Assembly (NCBI RefSeq): GCF_964355755.1
Contig: NC_092671.1
Location: 24,812,070 to 24,876,069 of the forward strand
Source of the DNA: Antedon mediterranea
Taxonomy: Eukaryota; Animalia; Echinodermata
Reading direction: 5' to 3'
Length of the DNA: 64,000 bases
The notes under the pieces were generated by a model. It ran no database searches and was not told where the DNA came from. It saw only the letters and a list, made by a program, of their open reading frames with translations. Below are positions 13,801 to 28,800 of the stretch, in pieces. Position 1 is the stretch's first letter, and each line of letters begins with the position of its first letter. The position numbers and the translations under genes were made by a program.

Positions 13801-16800
13801 TACAAAATTTGGAAAAAAAAGTAGTAGTAATACCTAATGTAATAACATGTCTAGTGACTCCCTAGCAAGCAAAAATAGATGTGGGTGGGTTTACGGTGGA
13901 TAATTTTTGCTGTAGCACGAAAATAAAAATCTGAAGTTGAATAAAAACACCAGAAATGTAAAATTTAAAAAAAAAGTTATTTTACCTATAGTCATCTGAT
14001 AACAATTTTTTTTACCACACATATTTATTTTTCATATTATTTTTTTAATGCCTCTCTATTAACAACATTTGTGTACAAAAGAATAGAGATTTAATTGTGT
14101 ATATTTGAACTATCCTCCCCGCATACAGTGCTTATTTTCAACAAGATCATGAATCATGTAAGAAAAATAAAAATCCCAAAAATTTTGAAACATAGGGGAA
14201 ACTATAGTATCTATCGATAGTAACTATCAATAATTATTGGAATGCATGATCAATAGAAATTGTTTGCCCGCACCTGGCCTTTAAATTTAATAACATTCAA
14301 TAGATTTAAGAAGTAATAAAACTTTTACAAACCTTCTCTACTTTGTGTATTGAGTCTGGATGTTGACAAATATGTGTATGGACACCAAGTCCACCAGTCT
14401 TAAGATCTTCTTGTTGAGATATCTCATGGAAACTCATATTGCCTGCACCCATTCTGAAAAAGTAAATACAAACAAAATGTAGTGTCACTCTATATTCATG
14501 GTGGTATAGTGTCAATGTATATTCACAATTTAGTGTCACTATTCAGTAGTTAATAGTCTACCTATTATCTACTTTATATGACGCCCTACAAAGAACAGAG
14601 CGCTAAACAATACTAGCATTGTTAATTAAAAAGAACATTTTCAAGTTGACGTTTAAATAGAGGTGCCGAATTCGCTTCTCTTAAATCAACAGGAAGCGCG
14701 TTCAGAAAAAGCTTTGTCATCAGCTTTCCGATTAGATCGATCGAAAAGTGGGGTGGAATCATTAGAGTAGCGAAGTTGACACCTGTAATTAAATGAAAGC
14801 AGATCACGGTTAAACTTAATTAAATCAAAAAGGTACAAGGAACAACAGAATAAATACATTAAAAACAAAAACAAACACATTATTGATTATTATTAATGGT
14901 GTAGTGCCAGAACCAGTTGAAGTACTGTATCTAAATGTATTATTGATGTTGTAGTGAATACCATGTACCAATGGTGTAGTGTAAGAACCAGTTGAAGTAC
15001 TGTATCTAAATGTATTATTGATGTTTTAGTGAATACCATGTACCAATGGTGTAGTGTCAGAACCAGTTGAAGCACTGTATCTAAATGTATTATTGATGTT
15101 GTAGTGAATACTATGTACCAATGGTGTAGTGCCAGAACCAGTTGAAGTACTGTATCTAAATGTATTATTGATGTTGTAGTGAATACCATGTACCAATGGT
15201 GTAGTGTCAGAACCAGTTGAAGTACTGTATCTAAATGTATTATTGATGTTGTAGTGAATACCATGTACCAATGGTGTAGTGTCAGAACCAGTTGAAGTAC
15301 TGTATCTAAATGTATTATTGATGTTGTAGTGAATACCATGTACCAATGGTGTAGTGTCAGAACCAGTTGAAGTACTGTATCTAAATGTATTATTGATGTT
15401 GTAGTGAATACCATGTACCAATGGTGTAGTGCCAGAACCAGTTGAAGTACTGTATCTAAATGTATTACTGATGTTGTAGTGAATACCATGTACCAATGGT
15501 GTAGTGCCAGAACCAGTTGAAGTACTGTATCTAAATGTATTATTGATGTTGTAGTGAATACCATGTACCAATGGTGTAGTGTCAGAACCAGTTGAAGTAC
15601 TGTATCTAAATGTATTATTGATGTTGTAGTGAATATCATGTACCAATGGTGTAGTGTAAGAACCAGTTGAAGTACTGTATCTAAATGTATTATTGATGTT
15701 GTAGTGAATATCATGTACCAATGGTGTAGTGTCAGAACCAGTTGAAGTACTGTATCTAAATGTATTATTGATGTTGTAGTGAATACCATGTACCAATGGT
15801 GTAGTGTCAGAACCAGTTGAAGTACTGTATCTAAATGTATTATTGATGTTGTAGTGAATACCATGTACCAATGGTGTAGTGTCAGAACCAGTTGAAGTAC
15901 TGTATCTAAATGTATTACTGATGTTTTAGTGAATACCATGTACCAATGGTGTAGTGTCAGAACCAGTTGAAGCACTGTATCTAAATGTATTATTGATGTT
16001 GTAGTGAATACCATGTACCAATGGTGTAGTGCCAGAACCAGTTGAAGTACTGTATCTAAATGTATTATTGATGTTGTAGTGAATACCATGTACCAATGGT
16101 GTAGTGTCAGAACCAGTTGAAGTACTGTATCTAAATGTATTATTGATGTTGTAGTGAATACCATGTACCAATGGTGTAGTGTCAGAACCAGTTGAAGTAC
16201 TGTATCTAAATGTATTATTGATGTTGTAGTGAATACCATGTACCAATGGTGTAGTGCCAGAACCAGTTGAAGTACTGTATCTAAATGTATTACTGATGTT
16301 GTAGTGAATACCATGTACCAATGGTGTAGTGCCAGAACCAGTTGAAGTACTGTATCTAAATGTATTATTGATGTTGTAGTGAATACCATGTACCAATGGT
16401 GTAGTGTAAGAACCAGTTGAAGTACTGTATCTAAATGTATTATTGATGTTGTAGTGAATATCATGTACCAATGGTGTAGTGTCAGAACCAGTTGAAGTAC
16501 TGTATCTAAATGTATTATTGATGTTGTAGTGAATACCATGTACCAATGGTGTAGTGTCAGAACCAGTTGAAGTACTGTATCTAAATGTATTATTGATGTT
16601 GTAGTGAATACCATGTACCAATGGTGTAGTGTCAGAACCAGTTGAAGTACTGTATCTAAATGTATTACTGATGTTTTAGTGAATACCATGTACCAATGGT
16701 GTAGTGTCAGAACCAGTTGAAGCACTGTATCTAAATGTATTATTGATGTTGTAGTGAATACCATGTACCAATGGTGTAGTGTCAGAACCAGTTGAAGCAC

Positions 16801-19800
16801 TGTATCTAAATGTATTATTGATGTTGTAGTGAATACCATGTACCAATGGTGTAGTGCCAGAACCAGTTGAAGTACTGTATCTAAATGTATTATTGATGTT
16901 GTAGTGAATACCATGTACCAATGGTGTAGTGTCAGAACCAGTTGAAGTACTGTATCTAAATGTATTATTGATGTTGTAGTGAATATCATGTACCAATGGT
17001 GTAGTGCCAGAACCAGTTGAAGTACTGTATCTAAATGTATTATTGATGTTGTAGTGAATACCATGTACCAATGGTGTAGTGTCAGAACCAGTTGAAGTAC
17101 TGTATCTAAATGTATTATTGATGTTGTAGTGAATACCATGTACCAATGGTGTAGTGTCAGAACCAGTTGAAGTACTGTACCTAAATGTATTATTGATGTT
17201 GTAGTGAATACCATGTACCAATGGTGTAGTGCCAGAACCAGTTGAAGTACTGTATCTAAATGTATTATTGATGTTGTAGTGAATACCATGTACCAATGGT
17301 GTAGTGCCAGAACCAGTTGAAGTACTGTATCTAAATGTATTATTGATGTTGTAGTGAATATCATGTACCAATGGTGTAGTGTCAGAACCAGTTGAAGTAC
17401 TGTATCTAAATGTATTATTGATGTTGTAGTGAATACCATGTACCAATGGTGTAGTGTCAGAACCAGTTGAAGTACTGTATCTAAATGTATTATTGATGTT
17501 GTAGTGAATATCATGTACCAATGGTGTAGTGTAAGAACCAGTTGAAGTACTGTATCTAAATGTATTATTGATGTTGTAGTGAATACCATGTACCAATGGT
17601 GTAGTGTCAGAACCAGTTGAAGTACTGTATCTAAATGTATTATTGATGTTGTAGTGAATACTATGTACCAATGGTGTAGTGCCAGAACCAGTTGAAGTAC
17701 TGTATCTAAATGTATTATTGATGTTGTAGTGAATACCATGTACCAATGGTGTAGTGCCAGAACCAGTTGAAGTACTGTATCTAAATGTATTATTGATGTT
17801 GTAGTGAATACCATGTACCAATGGTGTAGTGTCAGAACCAGTTGAAGTACTGTATCTAAATGTATTATTGATGTTGTAGTGAATACCATGTACCAATGGT
17901 GTAGTGTCAGAACCAGTTGAAGTACTGTATCTAAATGTATTATTGATGTTGTAGTGAATACCATGTACCAATGGTGTAGTGCCAGAACCAGTTGAAGTAC
18001 TGTATCTAAATGTATTATTGATGTTGTAGTGAATACCATGTACCAATGGTGTAGTGTCAGAACCAGTTGAAGTACTGTATCTAAATGTATTATTGATGTT
18101 GTAGTGAATACCATGTACCAATGGTGTAGTGTCAGAACCAGTTGAAGTACTGTACCTAAATGTATTATTGATGTTGTAGTGAATACCATGTACCAATGGT
18201 GTAGTGTCAGAACCAGTTGAAGTACTGTATCTAAATGTATTATTGATGTTGTAGTGAATACCATGTACCAATGGTGTAGTGTCAGAACCATTTGAAGTAC
18301 TGTATTTAAATGTATTATTAATGGTGTAGTGCCAGAACCCAGTGAAGTAATGTAGGCTAACTGTATTCTTGATACTGATGGTCATAATACATTAATGGTA
18401 TATTTCCAAAAAGAACAAGGTCCATACTGTGTAATAACAGATGAGAAAAGTGGCACATATATTAAGAGGTCATTTGGTAACGTGTGCAAAGATGTGATAG
18501 CATTGAAGTAAACTACGCCATTGGTAGGTTGAATACATTGTTGTACAGATACGCCATTAAGAATCTGGTAATCAATTGTAGTCCTCATGATGTTACGATC
18601 CACATCAGAAATGGCTAGTGTTGGTAAACAAGAGGGATCATCTACTTTGCTTTGTTCACTGGCTAGCTGTATTCCTAAAAAAAAAATGTATTGTATGTCA
18701 CATAGGCATGAACTGAGTAAACATAACAAATCTATTTATATTTAGTGAAATGATTGCATTTAATATTTGTTTGATTAATATCAAAGATATATATATTCTG
18801 GACAACAATTTTACCCCTCGTCGAGCTTCATTGCTTGTCAGATCCGAAAGTTCATAGTTTGTCTACAAAACATTGGCCTAGGATGACCTAAGTTCTGATA
18901 TAGACAATCGGTTTGTGTCTTTAGGAGGGCCCTGCAGCATCAAAAATATGTTATGCTAGGTATTATAGTCCATAGATCTGCTCGCAGCACTCACTTGCAC
19001 TTTGCACTTTCTAGTATATAAATATCAAAATCAATGCACAGTACATTGTTACTGATGGATAAATATTCCAAAAAGTCCATAAAAAACATAAAATTATATT
19101 TACAGTAGAACCTGTGTTTTACGTACAGTACCCTAATTTTACGTTCTCTGGATTTTACGTAGGCTTAAAATAACCAATGACGTCATCATTTTCTTACATT
19201 GAGGGCGCAATTTAACAACAACAAAGCACACAAAGCCACAATCATGGCTGTGTGAGGAATTCTGCTGTGTGAGACAAGCTACACATGTGCATTCCCCCTA
19301 CAGCAGCGACTGTTTTTATTGATAGAAAAAGAACATTGATATTAAACGCACAGGCTGTATATACTGTACTTTTCTAGTTAGGCCTCATATCTTGCTAGGC
19401 CTGGCCTGAATAGTGACCACCTGCATGCTGTACAGGAAAGTATAGCTACGATCTCTACGTCTTTGGGGTCAATTTAAGGTCAATCTGGTCCCGTACCGTA
19501 CGTAAAATGAAGGTTCTACTGTATGTACTGACAGTACCTGTGTATGATGGGATATTATAGAAAAAAAGGTACATGAGTCATCTGATAATTTAACAAAAGT
19601 CATTCAATAACTGTTATGTTGATATCATATGCCGCGCACGTCTGTTAACTTGTCTTGTAGTGTGAGGGCCTTTAGAGCATATTTTTTTTTAAACTGTGCA
19701 TTATCATATGTTATGAATACACAAAATAACTAGAGAGCCACTCCGAGAGTGCATACCTCCGCCTACTGTAAAATTCTCCTACATAAGATTTTTCCGGTTA

Positions 19801-22800
19801 AAAAAAAAATATATATATATATTTGTGTGTGTCTTAATGCTGTTTGTGATTTACGCTAATTTCACTACAAGCATGTGTATGCGAGTTTGGTGTAATGGTT
19901 ATGTAACAAGCCTTTCAATTAACCATAGCTTCAGTTGACTAACAATAGAACAGCAACGCGAAAATCAAACGAGTGAATTTGAAAAGATTAGGTTTTTTAA
20001 ACTACTCGCATAAAAAAACGTGCACATTAAATCAAATTATGTTTTAAAAAATACAAATCACAAATTATAACTCTTGCCTCTTGTACAAAAATGAAGTTTT
20101 TTGGACAAGTAGTCCTCGAGAAAATGCAATTTCAGTTTACTTGTTACTTTAAGACTGCTCACCGGCTTGAACAATTCTGTCCTATCTTTTAACATTAGCA
20201 GGTCTGAAAAGTATACTCAAAAAGTGGTCCAGAATTGAGACCATGGTCCAAAATGTTCCCAAAATTTTTGATAACGATCTTGTAATTACTTTTTGAGTAA
20301 TCCTGCTAGCAAACAAACAAACACACGCTACCGATTACATATACCTCCTTGGCGGAGGTAAATTAAAGTTTTGGTGGTAATAATAATAATAATATAAATA
20401 AGTAGAAAACCTATTTAAGCTTTATGACCTTTTATAAAACTCTACCACATCTAATAATAAAACAAATGATAATTAAAATATATAGTGTAGCAGTAGACTT
20501 TATTAATGATGTTTTAATGTGTGCATTAGAGTTTAGCTCCTTGGAGATGTGGCATTCTATTCATAAAGTAAATGACTTGTAAAGCTTTAACACAACCATG
20601 TAAAGAATATGCACTGCAAAGAATATGCACTGCAAAGATATCTTTGATGAAGAAAAAAGTACTGCAAACACAATTGTGTAAGCACCAAAAATCTTCCATG
20701 TTTGCTAGCTGGGTGCTAAGTAATTATCAGGAATTGCTTGTTTGACACCAGAAACAATACAATCACAGTAATATTGCAAAATTATACAAAACAATCATGT
20801 AATTATTGGGGTCCTCGTGAAGCAAATTGTAAATGTAACTGAAACATTCCTAAAGTGAGAGAAAAGAAATTTTAGCAAGATTTCAGTGGGTAATGACAGG
20901 TCCATTATTGTATCTTCTAATATTAAATAAAATGGAGAAATAATAATGTGTGACAAATGATACTAAATTAACCCATCAAATAGCAAGAAAACTTGCTTTA
21001 ATGAAGATAATTCACTTAAGAATTCAGGAATGAAAAAAAGTGCTACTACCAGGTCTCATAATGATAATGATAATAGTGTTTTAAATTATGTTATGGTAAA
21101 AAAAAACATTTACTAATACTAATCAAAGAAAATACTCTATACTATACTACTTTTTAGACATCTATAACAAACATTAATATTTGGTTATAATTGTTAATAA
21201 ATATGAAAATAGATAAAAAGTTTAAAATAGTTCCATACCATCTTCAAAAATCTTCTTCTTGTCTTCAACTGATAGATTACTTGAAAAATCATTAGTTTTT
21301 TTTATTTCTAGATCATCTAAGTTTTGCTGATAATCTTCTTGTGGTTTCATTACAAGCGTCAAGTGATGTGGATTATTTAAGAAATATTCCTTTACTTTCT
21401 CCTGCAACAATGCTGGATTTTCCTCAAGAGAACGCTTGAATGCTGTCACAATTTCATTTATTTTGAGTTGATCAGTGGGGTCGGAGCCATGGTTCCAACT
21501 GGGTAAAAGTGCCTAAATAATAAATTTGGAAATCTTATTTTAGATTAAAATAATATGTTAATATGGGGGGGGGGGGGGAGGGGAGAGAAACAAATTTGTT
21601 AAGAGATCATTGAATAAAAAAATGGATCCATGGTTAGTGTATGTACAGTAACCATCCAGAGTAATTCATTTTTTCGGTGAACTGTCTATGAGCTTTTATT
21701 TTTAACCTCTTTATAATACTATCTAGTTTGATGAGGTGTGTGGTATCATCACTATCACTGACATTTCAAATTATAGATGATTGTATATAGGTTCAGCTAT
21801 ATGACTAGCATATGTAATAAAATATTATTTTTATAAATTAAATTATATTTATTATTTTTTAAATTCTGATAATCATGCACAATTTGAAAATTTCACATAA
21901 TAATGGCAGAATATATAAATAAAAAATATTCATGTTTTGCATTGAAATCGTTGACCACCGACTGTAAATAGCATGCACGTTTGGCCTACCATATTAACTA
22001 TTAAACCAGAAATAATATAGTGAAACACTTCTACACCTAAATGTCTTTGAAATATTTAAATATATTCTAAGTATAGATCTGGATTACTATTACCAATGAT
22101 CTAGAATGCTGTATTTTAAGAACCATGTTTTACGTCATATCTTGCAGTAACGTGCTCACGCGCAACAAACACAGAGCATCAACTTAGAAATACGTACATA
22201 GTAGTATTAGCCAACACCGGGGTTTATAAAATAAAATTGTAAATGTCACCCTCTATTTTGTTACATAGCAACGATCATTAGAATCATTTTCAGAAGTCTC
22301 AGAAGTCTATTGATACTATACTTATTATTTTTTAGACCCGCTATATATACTTTGTACAAAATTAAAGTATTTTGAAATAAAACTAAAGCAATGATTGATC
22401 ATGTGGGGATGACCTTTTGATCTAAAACTCCAGATATGATGTTGGTATTTTTTACACCCTGTCCCTGCAGTTGTTTGATTTTACGTTTCACACCATGGAG
22501 TGTCTCCAGAGTTTTGCTTTTAGTGTGAAAGGGGTAAAATTGTCTTTGTGGAATATGCCATTGTGTCACATATTTTTTTTTTTTATTATTTACCTGAAAT
22601 AAATGTAAGTTAATTTAAAAATTCAACCGGAAGCACATTGTCTGTCTCGGTTTTGATTAAATTTAACTATTTATTTTGTCTTTTTGCAAGTGAAATCATT
22701 GTCTTGTTTTTGTTTTTAATAAAACTGCAAAATTTCCTATTAAAAATCTTTTTTTTTTATTAATCTTCATTTTTGTACATATTGGACAAATTCAGCATAA

Positions 22801-25800
22801 AAGTTTATCAAAAATGTTTATATTATGGTAGGATACTAATAAATCTGCCCTGAAAGTCCTTTTCAAAAATCTATCACTTAATTAAAATCTATATGTAAAA
22901 CAATAAATGTATGAAGTATTGACTTTATGGATATTGACCCCAATAGTTTGTCGTCAACATGTTTACTCTACTCGTGTCTTTCCCTACTACTTAATTATAC
23001 CATTACTTCCCCCTTTTTATCCAGTCGGCTTATACAATTATGTCTAGTTATTCAACAATTACCATCTCCCTGTCTCAACTGTATCCATAGATAAAATGTA
23101 TTCTAAACTGTGTATAATGATATCAACATCTTAATAATGATTAATAATTGAATAAAAAGGAGATTAATTGATAGTTTCCTTAAATGGTATCAGACAGTGC
23201 AATACTTTATGTTAAACAAGTTTTTTCAATATTTTTTATAAGTAAACAATAATATCATGTTTACTGTTTTTGAGTGAAATACCTATTTGCTGCCAAAGTT
23301 TTTCAAGGTGAATAGTAGTTTTAATATACTCTATTGGGATCAACACTATTAGTTAGCACATCCTTAATTTAAATGTTTACACGGAGAAGGGAAAATTAAT
23401 TTTCTGTGACCAACAGAAATTGCTGAAAAAAGGGTTATTTTATGAGAGAAGTCGACAAACATAAAAATAGTCTAGAAATCTTCAATCTTGTGATTAAAAA
23501 AATATATATAAAAAAAAACAGACTTTTTAAAACTTAAACATTACCTTAAATATTAATACTGTTAGCGTGGTAATTGTAACCTTCTTTTTGTCAAATCACT
23601 AATTAGAGAAACTTAGTGTTTTTACTAAAGGCCAATTAACAGTATCGTTTTTTAAAAAAGGTTTTAAATTAAAATCTGTATTTTTAAAGAATAAAAGTAA
23701 CACAAATGTTTGTGCAAATGAGAGGAAAAGATACTTTTAAAAAGTTAAATATAAATTAATATAAATAGCAACCATTGAAAGTAAATGACATAATAATAAT
23801 TACAAAGTCTTTCGCATTCTAAATTATGATTCAATAATAAATGGTGTTGAGGGAGTCTGGGAGGGAGGGGATATAGCCATCTTTGCATCCTGCATTACAA
23901 CAGTATCTATAGATGGAACCGTCTAATCATATTAAGAAGACATGTCAACGGGTCTAGTAATGTAATATTGAGTATTTTTAAACTTTAAAGATATGTGAAG
24001 CATAAAACTTGTATATAATCACTTAAGTAGAGGTTTGTGACTAAATTAGTATTTTATGAATTAAGGATTTATAACTGTTTTCATATTAAACTATTATAGT
24101 CTCATTCAAATTCAATCATTTTAATGAACATCCGGAAACAAAAATGAAATTTAAATGTTTTTTAAGCATGTTATAAAATGTCACAAACATTAATGAAAGC
24201 AAATCGAATTTAAAACATATTTTGTATAGTACAGTACAATGAAATAAAGAGTATTTTTTTATGTTTATTTTTTTGGAAGATAATTCTAAAGCAACAGCAA
24301 TTTTCTACCTTTCATTTAAAGATGTATTGTCCCCTAAACACATGAAAAATGAAAATTATTATAATCAGACTTGGAATAGGCCATTTTGTAGTTTTAACAA
24401 TGTAAATAAAAAAAAATATTGTTTTCACTTATAAAATGACAAAATAAATGGTTAATTCAACTATTTGACTATTTTTTGCTTTAAATTACGGTTTTTTCAG
24501 GTAAATAATTTTTTTTTACTGATCTAATTTTTCGTCAAAGTGAATAACTATTTTGTGACATTAAAATGGCACATTCAACAGAAGGACACTACATCTTTAA
24601 AAGTTGCATATTTTATTTATCCCATATAACAGAAGTTGTCCAAGACTACTAAAGTTATATAAGGATCGGAAGAGTAAAATATTATCTGTTTGACAATTAT
24701 GGTAGTACTGTATATGAACAAGAAACATACATGTATTGGCTTTAAAAAATGTCACATTCTGATACCTGTATCATGTCAATCAATTTGGATGTTGTGTATA
24801 CTAGATCCTATTCACATGTGTATCACATTCCATAGAAATGTCGACACTCGAAACTGGTTTGCAATGCAAAATCGTGTGTGAACGCTAACCTAATTGATCA
24901 CAATTGTTACCCACTGCAATTTGATCTTAAAATCTTTATTTGATCACCACAGAATTGGATTGCAATGAACTGGGTCTCAAATAAGATCTTAAATGCTACA
25001 GTATTTATATGCAGTAAAATGACTACCACCAACAGCCAACAATGTCATGTCAGGACAATTTTGTCAGTGTTTATTACCTCCGCCAAGGAAGTTATGTTTT
25101 CACCCCTGTATGTTTGTGTGTGTGTGTGTGTCTGTGAACAGCCTGGAGGCCACAGTTTTTATCCGATTCTCACCAAACTTAGCCACAATGATCAATGACT
25201 CATCATATAATTGTGGTTAAATTTTGAATGGTCAGGGTCAAAGATCAAGGTCCACAAAAAAAAGAAATAAAAAAAAAAAAACAATAAAAAAAAAAAACCT
25301 CAGTTGGATTTGAACCAGCGATCTCAACTGTGAGAGGCTGGATACATACCCATTACACCAAACTCTCATACACAACTCTGTAGTGTGCAGTTAGCCTATT
25401 TACACTTAGAACTAATAAAAAAAAAATGTTTTTAATATATATTTTCCCGGGACATTTTATGTAGGGGAATTTTACAGTAGGCGGAGGTTTGTACTCTCGG
25501 AGTACCCTCTAGTCTTTTAATATTATATAGGCTTGTACTGTACATCATAAGATTGGTTCCCACTAGGACGCAACACAAGGATGTAAGCGCACCACAAGTA
25601 ATTTGACTAATCATGATGCGATGGACCATCCAAACTGTCGCTTACGATTGGTCAATTGTCATTGCATTGGGTCCGAGTGGGAAACAAGGTTAAAGATACA
25701 TGTGCTTAAACATATAAACATTCTTTTTAGCCTTTTTCCTGTTATTGTTGTTTGTAATATTGGTTTTTTTTTCTTCAAAATATATTAAAAATTCAAAGAA

Positions 25801-28800
25801 ACTTTGGTATTGATTTTTCATATCAATAATAAATCTTAATAAAATATAAATTTATCTAAATGAAATCAAATTGAGAGGAATTATAATGACATCACTACAG
25901 TACACTGATTCAATAAGACAAAATCATGTCAGATAAGAAAAAACCGCAGACGTGCAATGCCAGTCACATCACAAACACACACAAATTAAATAAAAGTTTT
26001 GTGTTTTAGTGAAGTCACCGTCTATATAACAAGAGGGAGGGAGTGAGTGGCCAAGCGGTTAATACCGTGGAACTGTACATAGCCATAACATTGGCAAGGG
26101 TTTAAGGCTAACTGGCTCCACGATTGTGGTGGTAGTAAACAGGGTTACGTTAGGTGGTTAAAATCCGTACCGAATGTATGGACCAACTTCATATACCATC
26201 GAGTAAAAAAAGTATCGTGAGATTTACCCAATTTTGCCCTTACATCTATATTATAAGTGAGAGAGTTTGTCTGTCTGTCTGTTTGTTTGTTTGTTTGTTT
26301 GTTCGTTATACAAATTTTTGTTACTGCACATAATCTTACATATGGGGTATCAAAATGACCGCTATTGTACCGGGAATGTTCTAAGCTATATTTCAACATC
26401 ATCCGCCACCTAGGATCCAAGTTAGGGACCAAAATGTGGTCAAAACCCCCACTTTCGATGTTTGTTCGTTATACAAATTTCTGTTTCTGCACGTAACCAT
26501 ACGTATGGGGTATCAAAATGATGGCATTAAAAAAAATTCCCCCGACTCCTGGGGTTTTTGTGGGAGGGGTGGGGGCGGGGGGTGGTGTGGTGGTTTGTGA
26601 TGTCATTTTTTGCTAGGGCTCGGGGGTTGTAGGCTATCGAATTGTAAAATTATACTACAAAAGTTTGACAGTATTTTAATTATCCTCAGCAAGGCGTTTG
26701 GGGAAATATAGATATAGATATAGATATTTTATTCATTAACCAATATGACACCTATTCAATTACACATTTAGCAAAGTACTTTAACCATATCCAGCTATGT
26801 ATCGGTCTCTTGGATTGTCTCATTACAGATATCCATACCTGTGTGAACATACACATGTTGTTTACTGTTACTGTGTTCAACTACATCACCAATCCTCCAA
26901 GGAAAAAACGTCAATTGTGGGAGTTTGGGTTCAGGGGATAGTGGGGATTTCGCTTACACCAGAATTGTGGTTGGAAAATGTATTTAATAATCCCTGGGAA
27001 GCGGATGGGAGTTTGGGGTGGGGATGTAGGCCTATCACCATGACAGAAACTGTATTTGGAATGTTTTAAACTACATTTGGAAACTGCCACTGAGGGATTA
27101 TGGGTTGGGAGTGATAACATAATTTGTACTGGAACCGGCTTCAACACATCACCCAGTGTATTAGGGGGGGGGGGGGGGGAGAGCGAAAATACTAGCGTAA
27201 TGAAGTAGCCTATATGATTGTATTGTACTAGAAAAAGTTACTAAATTTGAACTGTCCAGGGGAGGAGTTAAGGTTTGTTGATGGTGGCTGGGGTGGTGAA
27301 AGGAGAAAGAAGGCTGGGGTACCGCAGTATCTAAATTACATATTTTAATTATCAGCCAATATGACACCTATTCATTTACACAATTTACAACGTACATCAA
27401 CCATTATTAGACCCATCGTAGCTATGCATATTCCTCTCAATTCGAAGCTTAGGTTGAATTGAATTTGTCCATCACTGGGAAGAATTTGTTTTTAAGAAAG
27501 AGTCTCGGGTATTATTGAAGAGGGGTGGAGGTTGGTGAGTATACACAGATACTGGCGTCGGGTGTTATGTACTGAGAAGACTGTAAACTAATTTTGACAC
27601 CCGCCCTGGGGCGGGTATAATTGCTAGTAAATTTATATATAGATACCCTCTATTGAACTTCATGTGACCCACAATCATCCAATCAAATGACCAGAATATA
27701 TTTAGGTATGTTATAAACAAATAAAGATGTATTGTCCCCCAAAAACATGACCAGACAATATAAGTATTTTTTTGCTTTTAAATTACATTTTTTTCCGATA
27801 ATAACTTTTTTTTTATCCAGTTTTTGGTCAAAGTAAATAACTACTACGTGACATTAAAATGACATATTCAACAACAAATTTGGGGAAAAAAATGTTTAGG
27901 GAGACAATATATCGTTAAGAAAATAAATAAGTAGAATATACAACCTCAAAATAATACACCCCTTGAACGTATTTCCAAAACCCATTTTTATATGTATTCA
28001 AGCAATTCTAATGACACTTGGGACAAATCGAAAACAAACTTACCATTAAATCAAAACTGCTGTAATTTATTAGACAATTTTAATAAAGACAAGTCACCTG
28101 GTGGCCTACTTAATTTGATCATATAACAGATAAAATAAGAATTAAAACAACATCTGATTTACTAATGACTGCCCACTCATATAATTACATTTAATTAATC
28201 AGCTCTTAAAATTGTCAAAATTTGTTTGATATCCATCAATTGTCATTGTAGGTAAAAATAGATGAAAATTTCTTTCATAAACTGATACAAATAATTCACT
28301 ATTAACTAAATCAATTTCATGTTTACAGATTTGCCAAGACTAACACCCACACCAAAATATGTCCTAGTTTTAAGGATGTTGTGTTATAATAAGTTCAATA
28401 AAGAATTTTTAAAACAAAAATCATCATAATGTAGACACTAATTTGTTCTTGAGCTATAGAATTACTTATTTTTCCAAAATAAAAGATGAATGAATGAATT
28501 GTAAAGAAAACAAAATTAAAATGAATATACTGTATATAGATATATAAATTTGTTTTAACTCCAGCAGAAATGGATTCATAAACAAAATTACACAGAAGAA
28601 TCAATCTTAAAAACAGTTTGAACGATTCCAATTTATACTGGTTGCTAAAAAAAAACGTTTTACGGTTTATGTGGAGCAATTGTTAGCTGTGGAAAGCAAA
28701 ACGTCTCAATTTGACCTAAACTTAACACTGGGTCGAGATGAGGTGAACTGCCACTGAAACACAAGCCAACAAACACTTCATCAACAACAAACTTTGCATG

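Noticed and set aside
14893-18385. 1132-aa and 569-aa repeat ORFs as proteins
   Set aside because: They are translations of the 75-bp intronic array with no unique domains. Read-through from the PITRM1 exon stops at 18382.
25298-25366. Functional tRNA-Glu gene
   Set aside because: The acceptor stem does not pair, the anticodon stem is imperfect, and it is embedded in a repeat.
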